From Haliotis rufescens (taxonomy: Eukaryota), in assembly GCF_023055435.1 (NCBI RefSeq), contig NW_025963924.1, forward strand, positions 8,184,001 to 8,248,000: DNA of 64,000 nucleotides, written 5' to 3'. The translations under genes and the position numbers were made by a program. A model generated the notes under the pieces. The model did not search any database and had not been told where the DNA came from. It saw only the letters and a list, made by a program, of their open reading frames with translations. Numbering within the stretch: position 1 is the first letter of the stretch; every line of letters begins with the position of its first letter. Shown piece after piece: positions 24,724 to 39,700 of this stretch.

Positions 24724-27700
24724 CATCTTCACTGTTAGTTATGACCGTCCCGTGAGCTAATGGTACAGCGTAGAGCATCGGCCCGAAGAGCGAAAGGTTT
24801 TGGCCGCGGCCAATTGCAAAATTGAACACGTACTAGACATGTTGCAGTTTTCGCATTCTACAATCAATGACACGCAAGCAAAAAACCTAAGAACCACAGA
24901 GAAATCCGGATGTTTATGATTTCTGTGAATGCAACGTTCGACTGCCCTTAACGTGTTTGGACGACTAGGACAATTCCCTCACAGATTGTCCTGAGTTTAT
25001 GAAATTATTCCGATGAGTGTGATATCATAGTCATGTATGGCGACTACGGACTTCAATATATAGCTATACAGTGTCATCCACAGTGTTTGTAGCACCACGA
25101 TATTCGTTATGTATTTAAATCTATAGTTATGATAGTCGTTGCGCTACGAACGCTTTGTGGATGGCGTTGCACTCATTAGTCACCAAAGCCGCCATGTCTG
25201 GATACAAATACGACAAAATATTCCAAGTAGAAAAACAAGTGTTAAAACGTCAAATCCGATAGATGATACCGACAACTGTACGCCGTATGGCACGATCATA
25301 GGTTGCACATATAACTTACAACTCAGTCGTATTCACAGACTGATCTTGGCAAGCTGTATCTTAAATAGGTCCCATGATGACGTCAGTGTTGTATCCTGAA
25401 ACATCCCAATCAGACCTTGTCTCCAAGTGTTTATTGTGTCGACCTCGTGCTTTGATGTCAACCATGATTTAGACCGTCCAAAATTTCTTATTTATGTGAA
25501 TGTGGTCGTCCATAATACAAATGTAATTTGCTTGTTATTAACACATGACTAAAGTTCATGTCACCAGTGATTTTATGAAGCAAATGAAAAACGTGTACTT
25601 ATGAGGGACATTATTCTGAAGTTGAATTGCAGCTTCATCAACAAAATGGTGATGTAAAGGATGTTTAATCAAGATACATCCGTCTTCATTGATCCCAGGG
25701 GGCGGATAACATGTACATCTATTGGAAAAGTAATCATTTTCGTTTGATAAAACCTAATATTTCACAGCAACGATGTACATGTCTCGTTTTATTGGTTGTG
25801 AAATATATTGAGTACAGAATGGACTATCAGAATCCGTCTCGGTGGTAGAAATATTTATTTATTTTCTCGTTAATGTGTACATGTGTAGCGCCAACATACT
25901 ATTAGGTTCCCAACTTTTCGTGGGGTTTATTTGTACAGTGACCCTCATCAGAGAAGCCCAATGTCCAGTTACAGAATAACTATTCTGAACCTTCGTAATC
26001 AAGCTTCACATGTACATTATTTATTCACATTGATAAAGAGCGACATCTTTCCACTTCACCACTTCAAAGGCCTGAGTAAGTTTCAATCAGCACTAATCAA
26101 AGCTAAGAAAATTTCCTATTTGTAATTATTCTTTGCACATTTATTAGCCTCAGTTTGAGTTGTTGGTAGGTCATGAGTAAAGCAAGTCAGAGGAATTGGG
26201 GAAATTACAAAATAATTAAACATTATTACTGACAGATCTGCTATCATTAGTGCTACGCAAGTTGGGCTTTTGAGCCCAAACATCAAAACCGTGTCAAAGC
26301 ACTGTAGCTAACCTGTATATGTAGTCAATCTTTAAATAATAAAAAACAATCATTTCACAACGGGTTGCCAGCATTGATATTCAAATAGTTTGTGATTACA
26401 CCTCATTGTTTAATGTACCATTTGAAAAAAACAACTTATTTCGTTTTTTTACAAATAATATATTTCTCGCCATAGTAAGATGTGATTATTCTTACATTTC
26501 AATGAACGCTTATCTTATTTGTTTTTCATATAGAGACATTTTCGCATCTCAGCAGTATGTCCTTTCTACACTCAACACCATATTGAGACAGGTGTTCTTT
26601 GTGCATATCGAAGCAACGTCATCACCTTCAATATAACCCTAATGGCTTGAGAGGCGAATGATGAACTATTTCGTGTTTTGTTATGCTTTCACACAACTGA
26701 ATGATGAATACTGAACTATTGTCTTTACCTTTCTTTCAAATAGCACCGGTGAGTGACAAATTACTTTTTCAACATACATTGTCACCAATATTGTAAGTAA
26801 AAGTCTTCAGTATAAAAATCCTTCGGTCAACTTTTGAAAAGTTTTATTCAAAATGTAGTGCAAAGTATCCAGTGCATGTGGGCCGAAGCTGCTAAAAATA
26901 AACCTGCCAATTATCAAGTTCATCGCAGCCATTACCAGAATATGATAACTATGTATAATCCTCCAAGTGCCCCTGTCCTTGTACAATTAGAAATGGAGAC
27001 AGTTCAGGATTCTACATGAGACATCACACTTTGGCACATGAGAAATTTCTTCTTTATAATGCCTTTCACGTCCAGTGGAATATTTTTCGGCAGCTAATCG
27101 AGACTGATTATACACTGGCGTTGACTTCTTGTGGTAGCGATCGACCAAGGAAATACATCACTTAGTTTGATGGTGTTACTGATGGGATGATCACTTTATC
27201 TTTGTCTATAACTTATAACGAATATACAAACTAGGCTATAATGAATTATTCTATCTCTGTAGATACCAGCGTCTGCAGTATATTCCCTGAAGGGTTAAAC
27301 ACCTTCCCTTTTCATTCCATGAAGCCCCAACAAACGATAGAGGGGATGGAAATGCATATTCCTGTCTGACCTTTAACGTGTCTGAATAGGATATTCAATT
27401 TGTCTAAACTACCGTTTGAGCTGTGAGCGTAGAGCGACGTCTTTACACCAACGTTTACGAACATCGTACATCGTACGTAACAGTACTACGCGAAGCTCTG
27501 TGATGCTATCGTCAATACACATTTCTTTGCTGGCTACAAGAATGGAATCAATGTCCATTAACATCTGTACATCCTAAGACTTGATTTTATTAATGTGATA
27601 GACTGAATAACATTCAGGTACATTTTGCTAATATAATTTATAAAGTTCACAAATCGCATCTGTATGGAATTGTCCCCGCATTTCAATAAAAGGGTTCCGA

Positions 27701-28585
27701 TACCTTCAAGAATTAATAACATGATTAATAATAGAAATTATAATAAAATTAATGATAGAAATAATGATATGATTTATGACAGAATTAATGATATGATCAA
27801 TGATAGAATGCAATATACCAAAAAAGTAAGGATGTATAAATATGTAATTGATGCACACCAGAAGTTGATGAGAAAACCCATAGAAATGAGTACTGGCATT
27901 TAAGAATATTGCACCTATCAATATGTAAATATAAAACGCCATGGGACAACCAGTCTCCGGAACAGACTTCATCGGGCAGAATGGGCAAAATAGCGTTGAA
28001 ATCACATGAATGGATCACGGAAAACCAATGATGAAAACCTGTAAACAAACCTGATAATAAAGTGATCGATGTACCAGAAAATCAAGATACTCAAAGTTTA
28101 ATTTAAATGTTCATGACCACCTTTGCAGCAAGTAATATAAGAACCTGTTATGGAACCTATCATTTATTATATTCCTGTTCCCGCAACTGATACCCCTGTT
28201 ACAATGACATACAATTCATGAAACATCCGTCAGTCACCAGTTCATATTTTCGATTATAATAAAGACCTTCTATATTTGACAAAATAATTCAGAGACAAGT
28301 TTACAGTTCCTTGAAGTACATGTACATGTACAATGAGTGTTTTGGGTTTCACGCCAATTTTAGCAATATTCGAGCAATATCACAACGGAGACACCAGAAA
28401 TTGACTTAAAACATTGTACCCATGTGGGGCATATATTACGACAGGACACACATTTAACATTTAACAAAGACTACATACACCATATTTACTGTTTACACTG
28501 GCTGACGTTCGTTTGGATTAATTGTGTCGTCTACTGTTTAGCTGTCAAGAACGATTTAGCATTAATCAATTTTTACGCTATTCGT

Positions 28586-29779
28586 TGAAATGTGTTATTT
28601 CAGCAGTCTGTACAAGAGTAATCAAGTTGTAGGCCAAGGGAGGTACCTTCACAATGTGGGTTCGAGGTCCAACTATCATTACTCAGGTCAAGGTGTCAAA
28701 GGGGGATAACTCTCATATACTCTTGAGTTCAGCCTCATCCTAAGTTTGAATCTAATAACTGTCGGCAACCGCAAACTAATGTAGGGTCCAACAGGGTGAA
28801 CAATTTCCATCCGCATGTGTATCGTAACGCTGCGACCATGTTACACAACCTGTTCCACATGTTAAGTGCAATCATACATCATATTCACAAATAGATAGGC
28901 AACATGGTTTTGCAAATACACTTGACAATTCTCAACACTTAAATTCTCCATTTATTTCTCTCCCCTCATCTCAAGTTCCAGATATGACACAAGGGTTTAA
29001 TGTTGACTTAGGTGCCAGAACTTGGTATGTCCCGATATGTACAGATATGATGGTGTTCATCTTTCTGATGTAGGAAACGCATTGTTTGTCAACATATTAC
29101 AGGAGGCATTGGAATATTTCGTCATGGATCTCGAGGCACAAAGCAGGGTTTTCAAAGCTCAGAAAGCTGGTTGCACCAGAAAATGTTAATTAACATGAGA
29201 CTTGTCAATGACATGTCTAGCTTAGTATAGAACGGGTTAACATTGTTAAGTAAGGTTAGAATTTTGCATTTTGTTACAGAACAAAAGGTTACTTTTTTTA
29301 CAGTTCAGTCTTGTTTTGGTTTTATCAGTTGCATAGTATCACTGGCACAAGTATTGGAGGGTATGTGTCTTGACTGGTAATACTACTTGGCTCCTCACGC
29401 GTGTACCTTGGGTAGTCGTTTCATTTGTGTCCGCATTGGTACCCCCGGAGTCGCGTGGGCTGCACTATCCGGGCACCTTCGGTTTGGCAGGCAGCAGTGT
29501 CGGTCACCCCTTGCCAACTTGCGTAGAACCTGCCATGACATTTTAACTAAACGCAGAGGCCTTTTATACTGTTAAACTTTGCTGACTTTTATATCTGTAT
29601 ATATGTAATTTTTAGCACATTTTGTATTTTACCATTTATGTCTCTCATGAATCGCGGAGCGATTGGTTGTTTTATATGTTACATAACGAGTATGCATACA
29701 CTGTGGCATATGTCCATGTAAGACAAGTGAGAGAGAAATAAAACTTTCTTCTCCTTCTGCGTTCAGATCCTCAATTACA
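28586..29779 (+). mobile_element. Probable solo LTR (1194 bp)
   Basis: TGAAAT...ATTACA termini (5/6 inverted match); 4-bp TSD tcgt at 28582-85 and 29780-83; aataaa ~40 bp before the end; absent from units 1 and 2. Confidence 0.6.
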
Positions 29780-32180
29780 TCGTATTTGTGGCCTATTTTC
29801 TCCATGTCAATGTTTTGTTTTATTCATGTTATAAAAGTATACCTTAACTGGGTAAAATTGCATCAGAACAGCTTGAAAAAATGAACTATCATTGTGTACA
29901 AACAGCAGTAAGCCCATCAGTTTAGTATCACTCTTTTGGCTTGGCGTTGGACCAAACTTGGACCAATGGCTACGTGACAGACGGAAAAGATTGAAGTAAT
30001 CACTCATATACGCCTCATCTAGGCATTGATCGGTGGAGTTATACGTCAAACTATAACGTAATCATTCTTTTAATACATTGTCCACGCATCATCAAGACGC
30101 ATTTCGCTTGAGTGTTTCTTCAGTTGGATGACGTCTTTACAACGAAACCTGTGTTTGATCAGGTGAACACTTGCCTTTTGTTGTTCAGTGACCAAATTGA
30201 TGTCCGATACAGTGCCTTGATTGACATGTACCAAATGTCCCCGTGTATGTTGAGGGCAACACTTAACTTGCTTTTTCAAAACATTAATAACAGGATAACA
30301 CTAAAATCTAATGATTTGAATAAAATAAGATGTCATCATAAGGAGACACATACATGCCAAAATTCAGTTCTTTTTGTGTGGCAATGTCGGAGGAGGTGAA
30401 GTTTACAGAGACATTTAAATTTTAAATTTTGAGAGAATACAATTATTATATCATTGTCATAACATATGCAATAAAGAAATTTAAAATATTGAGTCCCGCA
30501 ATAAACTTACAAATACCAAATTGCTATATTATGGATATATTTTACATAAGGTTTCAGCTTCATTTGTCCAGTGGATTCTGAGGAGAAGCTGTTTACGAGG
30601 CACGACGCACGACGCACGTTGCATGACGCCTGACGCCCGATGTGAGAAACCTACATGTATACAATGGAAGCTTTTCATCAGGCTTCTTTGCTCACAACAC
30701 ATCACATTTATTGGCACATGATGGGTGCACATGAATATACCCCGTCCATATATTGTGTTATAGCTCTCGTAGTATGTTGATATAACAAATATTTTTGCCA
30801 GACCGGATTTGCTACGTTTATTTCGTGGTTATTTGGGGACGTTATGTCATTCATGTAATGGTTTCCTTGGGCAGGAAGTGAGTGTTTGGGTTTAGCCTTC
30901 GTATGTGTTTCTACACTGTTACAAACTTTGTAATCTCCACATGTCTGGTATTAACCTTAGATATTTATCTCAGGGGTGTCTGAGCATGAACTAAGATTAT
31001 TTTATACATAGTCCTCATAGTCCTCAAGTCGTCATGGGAAAAGTGCTCATTTCCTGTAAGTGTCATGTCCCTAAATACAGTAGATATTATCCCATACAGA
31101 ATGCATGAGAAATCCCCTAGTGGTACTGGTACTATATCGATATATATATTTATTCGTATATATCAGGCTTCTTTGCTCACAACACATCACGTCTATTGGC
31201 AATAGTGCGTATAATGTCATACGTGCACATAAATATTTAAGGGGTATAATGGTTACTCCTAATTCCTCCGTCCAATCATTGTGTCATAGATATCCACTGA
31301 TATTAAGTACCTTAGTACAAGCCGATTGATGAGCCTCATCCTAAATGATGACTTATGATTTTTTTATGTGCAACGCCGCAGAGTCTGACCACCCGAGCCT
31401 CGCATGACAAAGATATACTGCCGGGGACCCGTTCTCACCTGGAATCCCCACGCGTTTGCCAATATTAGTACCAACGCGTGTAATGCCATGCTGTAGGTCA
31501 TGTGCGGTCAATGAATAACTATGTACTGGAGAAAACCTTAATCGAATAATTACATGGATAGAGTGTCCTGTGAGCTCCCTACAATGTAATCTAGGCAAAA
31601 GCACATTTGGATATAACTATACATTTATGTTCGCACGTATAAATAGTAACTCATGACCTCTTTTGGTGTCTGACATTTCATGGATTTGAGCATATGACAA
31701 ATGACGCGATCTGGAGATATTGATTGTCCTGAATGAAAGTATCCCATGGAGATCCATATCGATATCGGAAAGGTTTTTCGACACAATTGGTTGTTTCAGC
31801 ACCTTCTCTGCTGAAAATGTAAGAGTGTTGACAATTAAAGGTATTTCATACGCTCAAAGTATCATTTTCTTTTTCGTTTGTTGATCGGTGTCTCGTTGGT
31901 ATGTGGTATTGTCACACCTCATTACTCCGTGGCACTGAATTTAATACTTATATGGATCTGATGGTCAGGCTCCGTCATTTGGTTGACAGGGTGACGTAAC
32001 GTACAAGCTGTGCAGAAAGCACCAGAAACCATATTATCCAGATGTTGGACAGGACCGAAGCCAGAGCTTGCGAACACGGTCATCCATCCAACTACTGTCC
32101 TCGACAGCTCTTGTGACCTTTGATACCCGTGTGCCGTACATAGGAGGACATACCACCACTGCATCCACGACGGGCGTGTA

Positions 32181-32346
32181 GTGAGTGAGTAAGTTTGAAT
32201 TTACGCGGCTTTAAGTAATATTCCAGCAATATCACGGCAGTTAACATCAGAAATGGGCTTCACACATTGTACCCATGTCGGGAATCGAGCCCGGGTTTTC
32301 GTCGTGACGAGGGAACGCTTTAACCACTAGGCTACCCGACAGCCCC
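32181..32346 (-). mobile_element. SINE family A
   Basis: Full-length match to family A. TSD acgggcgtgta at 32170-80 and 32350-60. Confidence 0.88.
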
Positions 32347-33144
32347 TCAACGGGCGTGTAAGATAAACGTTCATCTGTACAACTAGAAGACGTCGACAGT
32401 TCCTTCCTGTACACTACGAAGGGATTCCGGGTTGGTATAGATCTCCGGCAACCAGTTCTTGTAAAAAACGACCAAATGGATTGAAGGCGTAGAGATGGCA
32501 GTCATATATCTGGAATATTGCTTAGGCGTTAAACAAACAAACATAACTGTACAAAATGTTCATTCCACACTGTGAATCAGCAAAATTTGTAATCAAGAAA
32601 TCTAAATCATGAAATATTACTTATCGGTCCTTCATCTAAAAGAAACCTCGGAAGTGTACACAATGTTCATTCCACTTCGTAAACAAATCAGGCAAAAAAC
32701 ACACATAAAAAAGAACGTATCAACAAACACAATCTAAATCAAGAAATACTCTTTATCTCCTTATTGATCTGACAAAAGAAGCTGAGGCAACCTAAGAATT
32801 TTATTCATGGAAAACAAATTAAACATCCAACAGCCGATCAATAATCTAGATGGAAGACTCGCATTCAACAAAAAAGAAGAAGCATTTATGAAAACACCTT
32901 AAAGCTGAAGGCTTAACCTGTTTCACGTTTCACGACTTAGGTAAAATGCAGGCATCGATCATATTGTTATAAATGATAAAGTCTTCACTGTTTGTAATAG
33001 GTGCTGTCACTTCCATTCCGTGTCTGGTAGTGACGGAAAGAAATTTGGTAAATGGTTTCTCATGTGTAATACAGTACATCAGCATATCCGTATTTGTAAC
33101 TCTACAGTCTATCCAAGTCTCTACAGACCTTACACAACTCGCAA

Positions 33145-33433
33145 AACGAAAGGTCGATTGTTCGATCCTCAGAGCGACGTGGTACTTGTTGTTACCCTCT
33201 CCTACACTTGGCATTAATGGGATAAAACAAGGACTGACTAACCCAGAGTAGGTATAATGTGTGCGAGTAGGGCATCCATGTTAAACTGCAGCTTGGTGAC
33301 TCTAAGTTCAAGCTCTATCAAACCAGCATAAATCCGGACTAGCACAATCAGCCACTCACACTCACCTGCATGCAGGTATAACGTAGCTATATAATTGAAT
33401 TAATCTAATTATGTTAAACCCCATTTCACCTCA
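33145..33433 (+). mobile_element. SINE family D, diverged
   Basis: ggtacttgttgttaccct...ggcattaa...aaaacaaggactg core and gttaaaccccatttcacctcac tail. Confidence 0.7.
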
Positions 33434-35199
33434 CATATACACATACAGTGTCCGGACAGTAACAGTACATATGCATAAATGTACAGTATAAAGGTGTGTT
33501 TGCATACAAATGCACTTGCACAATAGGTCTGCACGCGGTGTGAGGTGCGAGGCATAGTATGGCCATCGGTTGCAAATGGAACATCAAATACACAATAACA
33601 CCGGCAAATATGAAAACACAAGTTAAAATTATCCCTTAATTGTAGTTGCTGGTAGTAGACGTCCATAAAACATTTTATGTATCGTTCCAGAATAGTGCGT
33701 CCTTACAAGACCTTTATTATCATTCACAATATTTGTTCTCAAACCTTTTCATTCAATATATTTTAGTCTTGCTTAGCTCAATGATATTTGCCAAATTCAA
33801 AGCATACTCAACATGTGGAATTGGTCGCAGTCTACAGTCAATGCAAATGCAGAAGACAACTTTTACCCAAATAATTAAATGGAAATTGAAAAAAGAGTAC
33901 TACGTGCTAATATAAGATTTTAATTTACTTATTTGAAGACACTCTGTCATTACTTCTATTAGTTACATAAATATAAGTGACAAAATTATAAGAAATCGAT
34001 TGACATAACAGTCAAGTGTACTTTATCATGAGCATGTTTATAAATTACTATCAAATAGTGATGATACCAGTTTTGCGAGCGTTTCCTGTCCCACCTTTAC
34101 AGAGATACATGCAAAGCCAAGTCAACTATTCATGAAGGTCGTAATATGGCATAGCATCAGATATCAAGTTAGTCATCGGTGCGTCAAATTTGAAATTCCC
34201 TTCAGATGGCCACCATAAAACATTTAGAAAGCTTTACTTAGGCCTTGAATGATGTAGCCCTGGTCAACCGCACACATTACATTCTACTTAGGTCATATTG
34301 GCCGTCAAACTCACATCTTAATTCGACAGGTCAACGTCAGAAAATAGTCAGTTTCGAATGTTAACCGCAACAGATTCAATTGGGTGTAAAAGACATATTA
34401 GTGACGAAATTCATATGAACGGATCACTGAAAATCAGTGATGACACCAGGTGTTTGTGAAAGGGTACGAATGTAAATTTGCATATTTCGGCACAAATTTA
34501 CATTTCAAACATGGTATGGGTCTTGTGGTGGCAAATACATTTCTTATCCCAGTCGTCATTGAACCAATGTTGTTTTACAAAAAAATACCCAGCTACAGAT
34601 TACTTTTTCAAACTGTTCCAAGAATGACTGAAAGTTCAATAAAAGTTTTTCAGTTACATAAAAAAACATCTCGGTATACATTCTTTTGCCCTTCAGCTTA
34701 TTACCCAGGGCTTTGGAAGTCAAACGTTAATTTAAATTTTAAATTTACTTCGTTGTAAGCAAATTGGGTCTCCAATGAAATGTACATGCTCTGACGTGCC
34801 TACGCAAATAAATGATGTAGACGCCAAAAGGTGGAGCTGATTGTATATTGCTCAATATCAAGTGGAAAGTCCCGATTGGAAAGTCCGAGTTATCCATCTT
34901 GTCGTACAGCTTAATACAGAGGTTGCCATCATAAGTACATCAACAGAAGTAATCTAGTCACATTGATATTTCTCTTGTCTGGGTGTTGGGTCTAACGGAT
35001 TACCAATGGCTACGTGACTGACCACAAGGACTGAAGCAGCAACGCCTCATCTCTGCATTGATTGGTCGATTTATATGCCAAACTATAACATACTGAGTAA
35101 TCCCTCATAACAACCGTTCACGCATTAGCAAGAAGAATAATCAGGTTTGGTTCTCTTTTCAATCATAATATTCAGCATCGTAACAAATATAATTAGAGC

Positions 35200-35550
35200 G
35201 ACAAAACCCATTCCGTATTAATGATAAAATTCATATTCTATTGTACGATTCCGACTATATCGTTTTAAAGTGTTTATGAATCAACAGTCACAAGCACATG
35301 CAAAGGCAGGTAACATGTTTACCTGAAAAAAAACCTCGGGAACATATGGTACAAGTCCAAATAGGTAAGTGCTTCGGACATCTGATTCGTCAAAGTTGGA
35401 AATGTTCTCACATGACCACCATAAAAACGTTTGAAAGTTTTTCTAAAGGCCTTGATTGTTGTAATCTTAATCAAACAACTTTTGAGCAAATCTTCGTCTT
35501 CGATTGTACCTAAAATGTTGTGAAATGTAGACACCAAACTCAAAGGTAAA
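35200..35550 (-). mobile_element. Penelope-like element, 3' remnant
   Basis: Minus ORF includes LLKSCLIK...KTFKRFYGGH. Homologous to 45950-46130 and 38335-38795. Confidence 0.65.
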
Positions 35551-36879
35551 TGTAGTAAACGGAACCGTAATATTGAGCAATAAAACGTCGTTCTATTGTA
35601 TTCGGGAAAGGAACACATAGTTATATTATTATACCCCCTGAATCCACCCGACAACAACAAAATTGTTTCTTAAATGCTTATTCAATAAATGGTGAACGGA
35701 GATGAAACAGTTTGTAGATTGTATTCCATTATGCATAAAGGGTTTCTTATCGATCGGGGGTCCACTTAAACAATTGTGTAAGGAGACTGGATATTTTTTC
35801 AGGTACAGCTACAGCTGCAAAACCAGATATCTTGGAACAGTCAATTTCTGTTTTTTCCACATTCGGATGAATTGTGTTTTTCTAGCAAATGAGGGACAAT
35901 TGGTTTTTTTCGATAAAACCCAAATCGAAAAATCGTACAGTGGTCTTTGCTTTCAGCGGAAATTTCTCATGATCATTGAAAAGGTTTTGTTGCTTTTATT
36001 TGCTGTGTCGATTTATGTGAAGATCAATCCATGTAACCTTCCTGGTAATATTTCAGATATGAATAGATATATTAGAAACTAAGACAATGTAGTGACTATA
36101 AGATGTCAAAAATTGTAACTTAAATTACGGAACTAGATCCATTGTTGCCTGAGGAAAGGCTGTAGTGATATAAATGAAGAATAATTAAGGTTTTTATTTC
36201 TGACAGTGCAGCTTGTTCTTAGGGCACCAATTTGAAGATGCAATGCTTTACTTTGTGTGTAATAGGTACATGGACATCAGATTCGAGGCAACTTATATAC
36301 CAAAGTCTCCAATCTTAGAACCTTAGAAACTTGTTTATAGAGAGGATCACAACACCCAGGAAACATATATGACATATACACGACATTATATCCTTATCTA
36401 AAGATTTTACTGATGGATTTATCATCATAAATACACACGTGCTTCTCTGCAACACTCTTTTCTTTTTTATTCCAAATTCTTTTGGGTCACAACATACACA
36501 TTTTCATACATAATTATTATATTATAATACATATGTAGTGGTACATGTAAAATTCTCTGCTTAATAAAATGGACAATAAGAAAGTAAATCCAGAAATAAG
36601 GTAAACCTACTTCTTAATCCAATAAGGTATGCAAGCAGAAATTGACAATTTCGATATTATCAAACGTTAAACAGAGGCTATTACTTTTGTTAGATTATAA
36701 TCATCCCTGAACTCACCTCTGCTAAACATATTGAGAAGAGCATTTCCCGAATCTTACTTAAAGATAAGATGTGTAATAACCAAATGTTAAACATCTATAC
36801 AAGAGCATAACATGTCTTGATTCCCCGCCGAAACGGATTCCTATGGGAATAAAGGGCTAAATAGCTGTGAAAACTACAT

Positions 36880-37200
36880 GAAAGGACCACTAAAAATCAG
36901 TGATCAGTGAAGAGATTGCAATTAACGGAACGTTACTTGAAGTCAAATACCCTAATATTAAACTTACTTTCGTGAACGTAATTTGTAGAGAAGCTTCGGT
37001 GTTTGTCCAATGTTGAACTTCAGTCCAGAGAGAATTGACAGAAACACATTGCCAGACTCTATGATCAATATCACAAGGTTCATCTTTACACAAAGGACAT
37101 AGCGGAGAATCAGTGTATCCTAGTGTAGAAAGATAAATCTGTACTATCTGGATATCTAAATGGAATTTCATGAATGTTGTTCGGCTTTAAGTCTCAAAAT
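36880..37200 (-). mobile_element. L1/Tx1-like LINE C-terminal zinc-finger remnant
   Basis: DSPLCPLCKDEPCDIDHRVWQCVSVNSLW matches the zf-RVT-type CCHC pattern. Confidence 0.7.
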
Positions 37201-38334
37201 ACTTTATTCAGAACCTACTCCTTTAAAATTATATTTTCTTTTGGGGGCTGGGGTGGAGGGAATCTAACAGAATATTGTAAATATACTTTGATCCTTTTAA
37301 ACACATATAAAACCGAGTACTACTATAAGGTAAATAGTTATTTTAGGTTATGAGAGACTGTCAGTAGTATGTTTAATATTTACCCATGGTCTACTCTATG
37401 CCAGCTATATTCCCTATGCATTTGTGTTCTGTATACATGTTAACCTGAATTAATGTACTCTCATTTTGAGAGGCACTCACATCAGCCAGTATCGGCCTTG
37501 CCGGTCTAGTTTCGAAATAAGATTTGTTAGTTCCAATGTTTTACTTTTTAAATGTAAACTCAATACTCGCAAACGTAATTAGTTATTGGCAAGTTCGAAT
37601 AAAAAAAGTTGTAATCGAATTTCCGTTGGATATCAAGTTAGTTTTGTGGAGCAATGCATACATCTCGGTGATAGAAATGAATATATATTCAATGATGTTC
37701 AATTGCTTTTTTATCCCACAAAGATATTCAATCATTTGTCATAACCGACATACTCTAGTTTTTAGGCTCCTCCTCCATCCCTTCGTTTCGCCTATTGTAA
37801 TTTAATACTTTAAATATTACAGGATATGTTGGACTGCTTGTACTCACTTCGTTTCACTGTTGAGAATAAAATATGTTTAAAATACCAAAGCAACACCACA
37901 TATATGCAGGTATTTTGATACGACAACTTAATACACTGGTATAATGCTTACCGACTCAGTTGAATACAAGATGTATCTCAAAGTAGGTAGACACAGTCGT
38001 TTTTACTAAGATCAGACAACGCTTAGCACATTTTATAAGAGGTTCATATACAAATAAACTTTAGTTAGCACCCTTTACTACACAGTTCCATATAAAAAAA
38101 TGTTTTTCTTAAAATCGTTCTATTATTTTGTAACGAAATACATTTCTTATTGTTACGAAGTAACACTCAGAATGAAATACCAAAACCGACATCTTTATGA
38201 AATAACATAGTTTTCAATTATTCAATCGCAATAGTTATTTGCTTCCTGCTTTGCATAATACGCAGCTTTTCACCAGGTACCGCTGGTTTCTTGGGCATTT
38301 ATCAAAATGAGGCCAGGTAGATATGTACTAAATA

Positions 38335-38795
38335 AAGCGACAAAACCTTTTCAATATTCAATAGAAATCTCTGCATAAAGTAGAGTCGATTGTACGATTC
38401 CGACTATACCAAGAGCATGTGTTTATGAAGCACTATCAAATAGTATTGGTACCAAGGGTTCGCGAAAAGGTGAACGTATTCTGCCCCACCGGTGGCATCC
38501 GTCACAAGCACATGCAAAGGCAAGTCAATTGTTTAGCTGACAAAACAGGGGAACATATGGTACAAATCCAAATAGGAATTGGATCGCGGACATCATTTTT
38601 GTTACTGATGCGTCAAATTTGGAAATGTCCTCCACATGTCTACCATAAAACATTTTAAAGCTGCACTGAAGCATTAAATTTTTCAACCTTGATCAAACAA
38701 CTTCTGAGCAAGTGTCTTATGACGCTCTTGGAAATCGTGGTAGAAAGAACATGCTCGATTGTATCTCAAACGTTGTGAAATGTAAACACCAAAGG
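38335..38795 (-). mobile_element. Penelope-like element, 3' remnant
   Basis: Reverse-complement homology to 45930-46430 (ccgtcacaagcacatgcaaaggcaagtcaattgtt; tacgattccgactata). Confidence 0.7.
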
Positions 38796-39424
38796 CTAGA
38801 GCTGCTGGAATATTGCTTGACAAGAAGAGAAAGTTGACAATTGGAAAGTTGAAGTCATCCCTCTTGACATATGGTCTTGAGGAGAGTGTTTATGAAACAG
38901 ATACACGCACATTCGAAATATATGAAATTTCACAGCACAGGTGTGCCACGTGACAGTTGTGTTATATACCAATTTTATTTTCTCGTGTCTTCAGTTTCCA
39001 GCTATAGAGTAAAGCTTTTGACGAAGACGCATTATTGAATATTTCTGAGGAATGTGGCCATTATCGAGTCGGGATGATTAAACGAAAACCCTCTGCAGAC
39101 AAAAACAACCAGCACTGTCTATTCATTTGTGAATTCGATTGTTGGAGAGTATTTTTGTCCCCATGTTATCTGTTGGTAACCCGATAACAACAGCGCTGTC
39201 TGTCACCGCAGTGAAGAGTTACGTTCCAGTGAAGGAGGCTATTAGTTTCACAAAGGCCTACGCAGCGGCTCGCTCTTGTAGTATATTGATGTAACGAATG
39301 CTTGTACCAGACCTGGTTTGCTGCGTTTATTTCTCGGTTTTGTGGCGACATTATTTCATTCATGCCATGTAATTGTTCTCTTGGGGAGGAAGTGAATGTT
39401 TGTGCGTGATTTATTGCTATGACG

Positions 39425-39593
39425 CGTCGTACCAAGAGACGCGAAAAGATCCCATAACAGAGTGCCTGGCCCTCGACATTAAGGGGCTAAAACAAGGAGT
39501 CAGCATACTGTGTCTGAGTGGGGTATACATGTTACACAGTGGCATGGCATCAAAGTAAAAAAGTCGGCATTAGATCGGACAAGTACAAGCAGA

Positions 39594-39640
<47 letters not shown>

Positions 39641-39700
39641 AGAGAGAGTATAAGAGCAATAATCTTGAACGCGACGTTAAACCTCATTTCATCTCACCTA
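39425..39700 (+). mobile_element. SINE family D, truncated, with internal (CA)n(GA)n at 39595-39648
   Basis: cattaaggggctaaaacaagga core and aataatcttgaacgcgacgttaaacc tail. Confidence 0.75.

Larger units (their letters stand above)
9291..26300. repeat. Tandem segmental duplication, unit 2 (~17 kb, inflated by LINE, Tc1, DIRS/Ngaro and other insertions)
   Basis: Same anchors in the same order as unit 1. Most of the extra length is the insertions listed separately. Confidence 0.9.
26301..33850. repeat. Tandem segmental duplication, unit 3
   Basis: Starts actgtagcta like base 1. Colinear through ccttaaagctgaag (32897 vs 7562). Right edge approximate. Confidence 0.85.

Noticed and set aside
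35702-36082. 126-aa ORF and other 60-110 aa ORFs in unique regions
   Set aside because: No recognisable motifs or splice support. Lengths are compatible with chance.
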